A stretch of 64,000 nt of DNA from Octopus vulgaris (Eukaryota), in contig OX597828.1 in NCBI GenBank assembly GCA_951406725.2, positions 8,928,001 to 8,992,000 of the forward strand. The letters run 5' to 3'. The first letter of the stretch is position 1. Every line of letters begins with the position of its first letter. A model generated the notes under the pieces. It saw only the letters and a program-made list of their open reading frames with translations, was not told the DNA's origin and did no database searches. This document shows, one piece after another, positions 52,874-64,000 of the stretch. A program made the position numbers and the translations under genes.

Positions 52874-53165
52874 TCCGACCAGGCTGTCAGATGTTGCTAC
52901 ACATCACTGGTCACAATGCGCTTTTCATTGTTTTAGCCTTCAAATGACGCCACCCCGCTTGCTAAGCGAGCAGGCCAACAGAAGAAAGAGTGAGAGAAAG
53001 TTGTGGCGAAAGAGTACAGTAGGGATCGTCACCACCCCCTGCCGGAGCCTCGTGGAGCTTTAGGTGTTTTTCGCTCAATAAACACTCACAACGCCCGGTC
53101 TGGGAATCGAAACCGCGATTCTACGACCGCAAGTCCGCTGCCCTAACCACTGAACCATTGCGCCT

Positions 53166-53168
<3 letters not shown>
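52874..53168 (-). mobile_element. SINE family B (tail type 1)
   Basis: Head matches the other B copies. Tail matches 20076-20194 and the end of the 6523-6737 copy. Confidence 0.88.
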
Positions 53169-53211
<43 letters not shown>

Positions 53212-53234
53212 GTATATAAATATACAGAGAGAGA

Positions 53235-53300
<66 letters not shown>

Positions 53301-53444
53301 AAATATAACAAAATACACATTAAGTACAGGATATCACCGACGAATGAAAAGACGTAAACACACAGAGATAATTACAGGACAAAATATGAAAAATAATCAA
53401 ATTCATCTTCAGTTGTCGACTGTTCGTTACTACCTGTTTCGTGC

Positions 53445-53491
<47 letters not shown>

Positions 53492-54499
53492 GCGTTTACG
53501 AAAAAAACAAAAGTCGAAGACAGGTGGTGTACAAAACAAACAGATGCATTAGTTCATATATATATATAAATGGAGAACTCCGGTATATGGACGAGAAAAA
53601 TCACGTTAATCCCATAAACCAGCCTTCCCCTCTACATCTTAGTGTGTGCTTCCCCGCATATATGTTTCCTACAAACGATCAGTATATATACATACATACA
53701 TACACGCACACACACAACCACGCACACATACACACACACAAACATACGCACACACACACACACACGCACACACTTATATATATATAGCTATACAAGTAGA
53801 TATGTACTTACAAAATCATACACACAATATATATAACCTATGCGTGTTTGCGCATGTAAGTCTGCGTGCAATGTAGTTAACTATTCTATGTTTAAGATGA
53901 ATGTTTCTAGAGCATATACGAATATGTACAGTTGTGAATGCGTGCCTACGCGTGCACACCTAGACGTGTACGTTCTTGTTTCTATATCTCTCTGTATATA
54001 TTAGTAATTACGTAGATTTATTTATACGTTTATTGGCTAAAATCAAAATATGTATGTGTTTGCGCATATTTTATATTTTATATCACCATTCGTGTATTTT
54101 TTGAGAAAACTATTACCAAACTACATATGATTAAATCACGAGATGAGATTTTGGAAAATTATTAAAATTATTGAATTGTACCGATAAAATAATTAGAGTG
54201 TAAAAATCCTAACTTACCTTACACATCCGCAAGTACACATTCATGCACACACATTTGTATATGAATATAACATACATATTGGTGTATATATACATGTGAG
54301 TATGTGTGTGTGCATATGTGTGTTTGTGTGTGTGTATGTTTGTGTGTCAAAATATATACATAGATATATGGCTATTTCCCTACTTATATGTATATATATA
54401 CAGATATATATATACATATCTGTATAATTTAGCAACCAAGAACACACACATATACATACATACATACATACATACATACATACATACATACACACACAC

Positions 54500-54568
<69 letters not shown>

Positions 54569-55214
54569 TATATATGAGTGTTTCTGTGCTGTATGCAAAT
54601 TGTATACATCATTTTCTTTCCTTTGGATATGAAGACTTTCATGCAGACGAGGAAAGGAAGGAATACAAATTTAATTTTCTAAAAGCTTCAATTTTATTTC
54701 AAATATTTGAAGTCTAATTTCCTTAACATTCCGTTAATCATTCCAGAAATGAAACAGTATTGAGTGGTTTAGAGCCTACTCTGGTGTTACTATATTGATT
54801 TCCTAATTTGGCCGATATATATACGTAGAAATAATGCATTTGATCTGTAGATTTTCGAATGATTGGACCATAGACAGAAAACCTTACATTTTCATTGTAA
54901 AAATGTCTTTCACTTGTGTGATTAAAATTTCTGTGCTGCAGTTCACTTCATCAAATCTATTTCTTTTTTTACGAATTTCCATGGATTCGGTATGACTGTA
55001 TGACTGAAATTCCATCCATAATTCATTGAAATTTAAGTGAATGTCCCAGCTGTGGTTTGTCTGTAAACGTTGTTGTAGGGATACATGAAGTTATTTTATT
55101 AGCTTATCAATTGAGAAATTTGTTCGTATATCTAAGAGCTGCTTTGATGGAGCTGTAGATATAGGATTTTAACCAAAATCACAGATTAACCAAAAGAAAA
55201 ATTGTGAGATTCTA

Positions 55215-55572
55215 AACTATATCTAAGACTCATCCATGGGAATTTCAACCTCAACAACAGGGTATTTTTGTTTCGATGTAGGCACGTATGAATGTACATG
55301 TGTAGATTTGTATTGTTTGCTTCATGTATGCATTCTCATGCATGTAGTTGCATATCTAGACATGTTCATACATACTTAAAGTATAACCATCTAGAAAGCT
55401 TAACAGATATTTATAGTTCCAGTGATGCAGTAGATCTGTAGTCTTCGAATTAGAATTCTCCTTCTGGTTTTGAAAAGCCTAATTTCTCAACATGAACATT
55501 TAGGCAGTGTGTTACATATCCCAAGGGTCCAGCAATTACAGGCGTAAGCCTGAACTTGTAAGCTGGATATGG
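55215..55572 (-). mobile_element. 3' end of an R4/Dong-like (RLE endonuclease) LINE
   Basis: 55572-55391 translates PYPAYKFRLTPVIAGPLGYVTHCLNVHVEKLGFSKPE/IRRLQIYCITGTINIC*AF, matching the RLE C-terminal motif PVIIGALG...LQ...GT..I. A putative 3' UTR follows. Confidence 0.75.
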
Positions 55573-55656
55573 GAAAGTTTTCAACATTCTACGTCAATTT
55601 CTAACTTCCTGCATCTAGATGCTTGGATCTTCCAAAGATATATCAATAGTATATAC

Positions 55657-55698
<42 letters not shown>

Positions 55699-56495
55699 TC
55701 ACATCTATGTGTGTGTATTTGTGTCTGGGTCGATAATAGATAGCTAGATTGATATGCATATTGATACTATGCATATCCGTGTGCATGTGCACACATTTGC
55801 ATAATTATAGCATTATAAGTATGCTATTTCTCTCTCTCAGGTATATACAAAAATATACTTCATATGTTTTAACGAGTATTTCTGTTTGTAGGAATATGCA
55901 CGCCCGCCAGAGCCCGTCGAATGTGATAGAAAATCAGGGACAAATGTAAGACACGTATTTTTGATTCTAGAAAATATAAATTTTTAAGTTTTGCTCAGAA
56001 AATATGAAAGAGGTTAAGTTAAATCTATATTATCATAACTAAAGCACTGCCGATTGAGCTGACAAACTAAATAAATCAAAATAAAACAAAATAATGTACG
56101 AATCATTTATTTATTTCTGTGTTATGCAGTTTTATTTTTCAGTATTGTTATCACTAAAAGAAATGTAATCATAATTCATTCATGGGAAAATTCGAAACTA
56201 AAATTCAAGAAAATTTGACGTTATCTTATGAAATATACCGTTCACTGTTCTATCATCATTTTGTCGCAGCTCTGTGTATATTTATCATATATTTGAAGCG
56301 AATAAACAAAAGCAAAACAAGTATATTGAAATGCGTCATTGGTTGAAACTTCCCAGTAAATCTTCCAAATTTCCTCGGAGACAATTTAGTTCTGTTTTTG
56401 TTTGGATTTATTATTTCACCCGCAACAAACGAAAATCTTTGTTTATACACACACTTAAACACAAACACACGGACATATAATCAAACACCTATACA

Positions 56496-56547
<52 letters not shown>

Positions 56548-56619
56548 GTGTGTGTGTATACATATATATGCACACACATATATATATATATACATAATCA
56601 TACATATTATATATGTATG

Positions 56620-56650
<31 letters not shown>

Positions 56651-57475
56651 TTTATGTATATATGTGCAAACAATTATATTAATACTTACATTCGTGTATG
56701 TGTGCGTGTGGGTGGCTACATTTCCAGTATTTCAGAAATTAATCACGAATTTAAACCTATGAAAGATAGTATTAAAACTATGAAGTAAAAAATTGTATTT
56801 ATTTTGAGGCTTCGGCGTAACTATACAAATACTCACGCATCCAAACACAAATCACAAATAAGCGAATTCACCAACACACACGCACATATACTTCACAGGA
56901 CCACTAAGTACTCTATTAAAGAGGGTAAGCGTGTTAAATCTCCCATACAAATTGCTAGACACATTTTTTCTTATTTGCTTTCGTTTTGTCTTTGAATGCT
57001 CTTTTCTCTATAAAGAAGCTGAGAACGAATTGTTATAAAGCAACAATGACAAAATATATATCCTGATAGACAAGGGTAAGTAAACCCAAACTTCACTTGA
57101 CAGTATGCACGAACAAAATAATGAGCCTTGAATAAAAGGTTACTAGAATTTCTATTCAACTTCTTTACAATCGCCAAAATATATAGCATCTTCAAATTTT
57201 GAACGTCAATGATACTTTTTTGTTGTGTGGTCGGTCATTTCAAAATAGAAAATTCATTTGTTCACGTTCAACGTCAGCTTTTGTTGAGAACAGGGAAAAT
57301 ATATTGGAAAATGAGGTACCCGATTCGCTCAAACTCAACAGAATAATATATAGAAAAGTTTGACACAGTTGGAATGCATTTGATCGCAGGTTCTAGTTAG
57401 GGACTAGTTAGGAATGAGACGGGTCGAATCGGTAACATTTTCAATTGTACATCCGTAAAACCTGCTATTTCGCTG

Positions 57476-58295
57476 ACCGGTAAATTCCACCGCGGTAAAT
57501 TCTGCAAAGGATGGTATATTTCAACATGGTAAATTTCACCATAGGAGAAATTATCATTATTATTGTTATTATTATCATTATTACCATTATCAAATCATTA
57601 TTTAGAAGAGTTCCACAATGCTGTGCGCTCATCATTAACATCCACACATCCAAATTTGTGGAAACTATGCATTGCCCTTAATTCTGAGGAAGAATTAAGT
57701 CAGGCAAAACTTGCACCCGTTCTTCGTAGAGATTCAACAACAACAACAACCAAAAAATAACAATGTGTTCCTGCACGACTGAAAAAGCTAATTTAGGAAT
57801 ATCAGAATGAAAACCCTTTGCAATTTTTAAGAAATATTGCACACAATTTATCTTAAGAAGTGTTTTTTTTTTTTAAATCAATTAACTTTTCTTATTCTAA
57901 CTCTACTTCACAATGTACTTGATGTTAATTTTTATCCTATTGTTATAATAAAATATGTGCTAAAATTTAATATTTTGTTCAAAATTGTATTATTTTTCAA
58001 ATTTTGTGATGAGTCTTTTTCATAGATTCTTGCTCGATGGGAGTACATTAAAGTGACCCCATCTCAATTCAAGTAGATTATAAAGATTATTTTCTATCTC
58101 ACCTTCAGACTCTCTCTCGCTTCTTAAGACTTGAGAGATAGACAGATTAAATAACTTAGATATTGAACCACGGTCTAGAGAAACTGACTACGTTGATAAG
58201 TAGCGGATGGAATTAACCACGGTAAATATACCGTCGTGGAATTCACCGATGGTGAAATTTTTCTGGTGGTACTTTCCGTAGTGGAATTTATCTGT
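57476..58295 (+). mobile_element. internally deleted Mutator-like (MULE) element
   Basis: Termini ACCGGTAAATTCCAC and GTGGAATTTATCTGT are built from ~15-bp subterminal repeats. Candidate 9-bp TSD ATTTCGCTG/TTTTCACTG (7/9). Contains a transposase C-terminal remnant. Confidence 0.75.
57593..57856 (+). pseudogene. MULE transposase C-terminal remnant
   Basis: NHYLEEFHNAVRSSLTSTHPNLWKLCIALNSEEELSQAKL...KK*QCVPARLKKLI*EYQNENPLQFLRNIAHNLS* fits TNNxxEGWH...HPNIWxxIxxLxxE...YLRxIAHN of animal MULE transposases. Confidence 0.8.
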
Positions 58296-58383
58296 TTTTC
58301 ACTGAATGGGTCAATGACATCTTTTATTGGTCATCTTTGAACAAGGAGGCAATCATCTGAACACCACGGCCGAATCTCTAACG

Positions 58384-58417
<34 letters not shown>

Positions 58418-58437
58418 TACACACACACACACACACG

Positions 58438-58472
<35 letters not shown>

Positions 58473-58775
58473 CCGCACGCATGCACAATATGGACTCACT
58501 TCATTTACACAATGCATCCATTCAGCTACAAAGAACTGATTTACTTAGTCAGACAGAACAGAATCGTAAGAAAGGAAACGTCATACACGGCTGCTGCTAC
58601 ATTTTCCCCATACCCAACTTATGGTCATATTCTTGAAGAGTTTCTTAGTAACCATAGCATGGACCACCAAAGTTGATTCTGCGACGGATAAGCATTTAGT
58701 GCACTTTTTAAATTTATCGTTATTATAGAGATTTGTTATCCATACACATATTCATACACATATATATACACACAC

Positions 58776-58866
<91 letters not shown>

Positions 58867-59178
58867 TGTTTGTGTGTGTGTGTTTGCGTATATATGTATG
58901 TATTATGTGTGTATATATATAAAACAGTAAGAATGTGTGTTCAACGTTGCATTGGTAGATAGATATTATTTATTTGTGGGTCAACAGTGATTCCAATGTT
59001 TTCATGCCGAGAATCTTCAGCAATTATAAAAGCTTCCATATTAGAAGAATAGTATTTATTGACATCATGGATGGGAATATGTATGAGTGTCTTTATGTGA
59101 TACAGGCTTGATAATTGTAGAGAATTCTAGGCATGAGACCAATGGTAGCCATGTTAGCAATCAAATGAAGTAAATCTA

Positions 59179-59252
<74 letters not shown>

Positions 59253-59300
59253 AAATATATATATATATATATATACTCACACCCATACATACACCCACAC

Positions 59301-59340
<40 letters not shown>

Positions 59341-60186
59341 AAGGTTGAACAGAAAGAACACTACAAGAGGAAAATGTTAGACGAAATCAATGCAAACGGG
59401 AAACTGGACGAAAAGATAACGGACACGATACACGGAATATTCGCACAGCTGAGTTTTCCTCGTCAGTCACTGACCCAAAATATCATAGTTGTTTAGCGCC
59501 ATTACCATTGAGACCACTCAATTTTGGGGTCACCAGTGCTGTTATTAAGCTAACAAATGTATACTGAAACTGAAACAAACATGAGTTTATATGAATACAA
59601 CATACAAACAATTATGCATATATAAGAGCACAAGACCTTACGGCTACTTACAGCAGAAGAAAAAAGTATATCATGCATAAACCACAACTACTAGTGAAAG
59701 TGCTTTGCAGCTATGGAACGAACTTCGTGGGGTTGGACAAAGATGAAATGGAGTAAGTTCTAGAGGATGTACAATGATCTCAGACCAGCATGACCGGTCT
59801 AGCCAAGCCAGAGTATGTGTATGGGTATGTTTTTTCATTTTATTTTATTATTTATTTTATTTTTATCTTTATTTTTTGTATATTTGTCCATTAGGCTTTT
59901 TGATAGTTTTGAATTTTTAGTCGTTATATTTAACTTTTGATAAGGCGTTCTATTTGTATTTTATTAGAATATATATATATATTTTTTAACAATCTGTAAT
60001 TTTATGTATACGTATTATTTTTTATGTGTTTGTAGACCATGTTATTTTTTTATGTGTGATTAAATGTTTTAGGCGTGGTGTTGTATGTAAAGTCGTTGAC
60101 TCGAATTTAATGTTTGTTCTATAATAAGAGATAAATACTATTTCTTGTTGTAAATATATGTATATATATGTGTGTGTATGTGTGTA

Positions 60187-60236
<50 letters not shown>

Positions 60237-60778
60237 CATATATATATATGTATGCATATATATGTATATATGCATGTATATATATGTATATATACATATA
60301 TGCACATATAATATATATATATATATATAATGATAGAAGATTGTGTGAATCTCTTTGACACACACCTCACCATGCCATTGGTATGAATCAGATGCCAGAT
60401 CCTTTCCCATGATACATGTAAAATATCAGCCCCAACAGAATCACGTGAGATAGGTCTCTTATGAAATTGTGTTATCGATGCCATCAACTACGATATCAAA
60501 ATGGCTACAATACAGAACCGCTACACGGTGGAATATAGGAGAGACTATTGAAAGTACCCGGGTTTGGGTTAAACATGATGCAGGTAGTTCATTTATCTAT
60601 GATTTTATTGAATAAAATAAAATAAAATTCCGAATAAAAGTGGTGTATGTTCTAGGCTGGAACGTCTTGAAACCCTTCTGAAATGAAATTTGCCTTTAAT
60701 TCCATCGATGCACATTAAAGAAACACCCAGTCACGTCGGTCTTATTGGTCGTTTTCCTCCAGATTAAACTGCAGACAT

Positions 60779-60779
60779 A

Positions 60780-60862
<83 letters not shown>

Positions 60863-60955
60863 CACTACTACTACTACTACTATTGGTACTACTACTACTA
60901 CTACTACTACTACTGCTACTACTACTACTGGTACTACTACTACTACTACTACTAC

Positions 60956-60990
<35 letters not shown>
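60779..60990. repeat. compound (ACT)n + (AAT)n microsatellite
   Basis: About 58 ACT units with GGT interruptions, then about 10 AAT units. Confidence 0.95.
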
Positions 60991-60993
<3 letters not shown>

Positions 60994-62020
60994 GGAATAT
61001 TTTGATAATATTCATCATATTAAAAGACATGCATTAATAAAATGTCTTGGGGTTTTGCAATGAGGGCAACGTGTAGAGCACCCAACACCGGTCTTCATGT
61101 CAATTTTTTTCCAATTGTAATAATCTCATTTTGGATCTTTAAATCTAATACTAAACCGGTATAATCGGTGAAAGTTCAGCATTTGCTGCTAAACATCTTA
61201 ATATATATATATATTTTTTTCATTTAAATCAAAAATATTCTGGGACTTTTTGAGCCTCCTTGTCTGCAATGCTTAGACTGAAGTCATTAAAACATGTGTT
61301 ATGAGTCACACTCCTTTATTTATTTATTTAGATAGCTGGCCCCGTTCCGTCAAAAATGATAGCTAATTGTATTTTATATATAAATATGGTACAAAACCAA
61401 GTTTTTAGCTAAATAATTCTGTCATCAAATATTTTGTGAAAAACCTATCTGCAAAGTACCATCCGTTGACTTCTTGTTTCATTCAAAATAATTTTAAACT
61501 GTTCTTTCCTTCTTGTACGACTTCAGGCCACATAAAGCTGGCTGTGACTAAATACGGAAGCTGGCAAGTAAATATCAACTTTTTCGATGCGACGTTTCCT
61601 TTAGAACGTGCTCTCCATTACTGAAACCAACCTCAACTCATTCGACTTAAAAAGACAAAAAGCTGTCCGTGACCTATAGTTGATATTATAAAAAATCCCT
61701 ATCAAAAATTATAACATAAATTTCTTAATATAAATAAATTAAGCACATGTACGAACTGTTAAATGTGTATTTATAATATATTTTTCAACTGCAGTTGTTT
61801 TGCATTCTTGATTCACTCAAGCAATAATTATTTTCTGTAATGAGTTTGTATATGCATACGATTGTATAAGTGTATGTGTGTGTATGCTTGTGTGTAATTG
61901 CAATAATTATTTGTAACACCACATATACAATATGGATGGTAATTCAAATTAATACACTTGTCAATGTTATCTAGTGGTTGTCTTTTGAGATGTAACATCG
62001 ATCATCGTTTGTTACTTAAA

Positions 62021-62180
62021 GCAAAATGCTTAGCGGTATTTCTTCCGTTTATACGTTTGATTTCAAATTTTGCCACGGTCGATTTTGCCTTTCGTCATTT
62101 CAGAGTCGATAAAAAAAAGAAGTGCTAGTTGAATTCTTCGGTTGATATAAACGACTTAACCTGTCCTCCGAAATTGCTGA
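62021..62180 (+). mobile_element. old, diverged SINE family D-related copy
   Basis: AAATGCTTAGCGGTATTTC...GTCGATTTTGCCTTTCGTCATTTCAGAGTCGATAAA. Weaker relics at ~29310-29400 and ~38505-38550. Confidence 0.65.
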
Positions 62181-63087
62181 GCCAAAATTTAAACCCGACA
62201 TTGTTCTTGCTGGTGCGTTTAACAAACAGTAATTGCAGTAAATGTCATTCATATACAATATAATTTGCTCCGTAAAATCTTAACGCTCTTAGAACTATAG
62301 TTATAAGACACATGCACGCTCTAACACGAAAGCAATAATATTTAAAATGTAGTAGGATAAAACGGATCAACAATATAATCGGTGGAGATTCGACACCTGG
62401 ATCTTAGTTTACCGACACAAATTCTTCCTTTCCTCGAATCGTTTTTAAGTATTTCTATTCTACATTTGTATGTTGATTCTTGAATGCACATCGAGCCCAT
62501 GTCATCATAAAAAGTCTACGTAGAATAATTATTCTATTAAACAGGATATAGTTTAAAATGTTTAACTCATTGTAATGTGTAATACGACCATGTCCAACCT
62601 ATACATCACCTAGTTATCCAGTCGTTGTTTAGACTGAATTGAGAATTACAAAAGTATGATTCGTTATGTTAAGCTAACCTCTGTCAAGATGAAGATAGGA
62701 ATTAGTACTCTATTGAACACTGCAATAGGGACTCTGGCTCTAGCAATAATATGATATATGTGAATAAACTAATAGTACATTCCATATATGAACCTAAATA
62801 TTGAACTTCAAAATCTGTCAAGGTGAGTGTTGAAATTAGAAAACGGATAAAGTGAAATTGAAATTGTTCAACGAATCGTCAGCTTCAATAATGTCTATAC
62901 AATTTACCCCAATAAATGTTTATCTATATATGTATGTATGTCTGATTGTGAGCATATATATATATAGGTGTGTGTCTCTGTGGGTGTACATAGATATATA
63001 TAGATGTAGATATATGTTTGTATGAATGCACCTATGGATGAAGGCATGCATATATACATATATATATATACATATATATATATACAT

Positions 63088-63164
<77 letters not shown>

Positions 63165-63658
63165 GAGTAGGTTAGTGTGAGTAAATCAATATGTGGTACT
63201 GTGTGATTATGTGTTATGCGTGCGTCTGGGATTATAAGTGTCTGACTTTCTGAGTACAACACTATCTGTATTTTTCACATCTTCATATCTTATTTACACT
63301 TCAGTCGTATTTACAGTTTAACATATAACATAATGTATCGACTTTTATTAGATGGCATTATTTTATAATCGTTTATCAAGCTAACACACAGAAGTGTGCA
63401 GACATGCGTGATATACGAACTGTATTGTTTATAAAACCAAATGATTCAATTTTATTTCTGTTCACCAAAATCAATGAACTATATTACGATTTTATTTGTC
63501 ATTCTATATACATAAAAATTCAGACCTATATACGTTTACATGTGCAAGGATATATATATATATATATATATGTGTATATGTATATATATGTATGTATGTG
63601 TGTATGTGTGTCTGTGTCTGTGTTTACATATAATATACACATACATATATATATATAG

Positions 63659-63726
<68 letters not shown>

Positions 63727-64000
63727 TTAGGCATATGTGTGTGTATGTATATGTTTAACATATATGATATATGTGAGTGTGTATGCGTGACATTCTAATG
63801 GTTTGAAGAATATGAGTGCGTGCGTGTAATGGTTTGAAAAATATATCAAAATTGCTTTAATGTCTCGGAAAATATGTCATTTGTAGGAATAAGTTTCTGT
63901 ATATACCACAACTAACAAGTACCGTAAATCGATAAACAAATAGCGAGAAACTGGACATCTGACACATATATACACGCGCACACACAAAAAAGACACACAT

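Noticed and set aside
60530-60710. Possible mariner terminal remnant
   Set aside because: Too degenerate, with no partner TIR or translatable motif.

Overview
AT-rich, microsatellite-saturated eukaryotic non-coding DNA, either intergenic or a large intron. The (TA)n/(CA)n/(GA)n/(TATC)n/(AAT)n density, the SINE families and the TTAGGG repeats suggest an octopus or other coleoid cephalopod genome (inference). No intact host gene is visible, and almost all listed ORFs are microsatellite artefacts. The window is mostly transposon remains: four tRNA-type SINE families (several with clear TSDs); Penelope-like element (PLE) fragments with GIY-YIG endonuclease remnants and minimal hammerhead ribozyme (HHR) motifs; a maT/DD37D transposase fossil split by a SINE; an internally deleted Mutator element; a TIR element with an 8-bp TSD carrying telomere-like TTAGGG tracts; and R4/Dong-, RTE- and L1/Tx1-like LINE ends. 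The most notable signal is a four-copy PLE terminal module that joins a tRNA-like Pol III promoter, an (AAT/AAC)n tract and a minimal hammerhead ribozyme. Also notable are an unidentified GC3-rich coding remnant at 27.3-27.5 kb and a perfect Yn-CAG|GTAAGT site at 39.56 kb. All family assignments come from reading the sequence by eye and have not been checked against a database.
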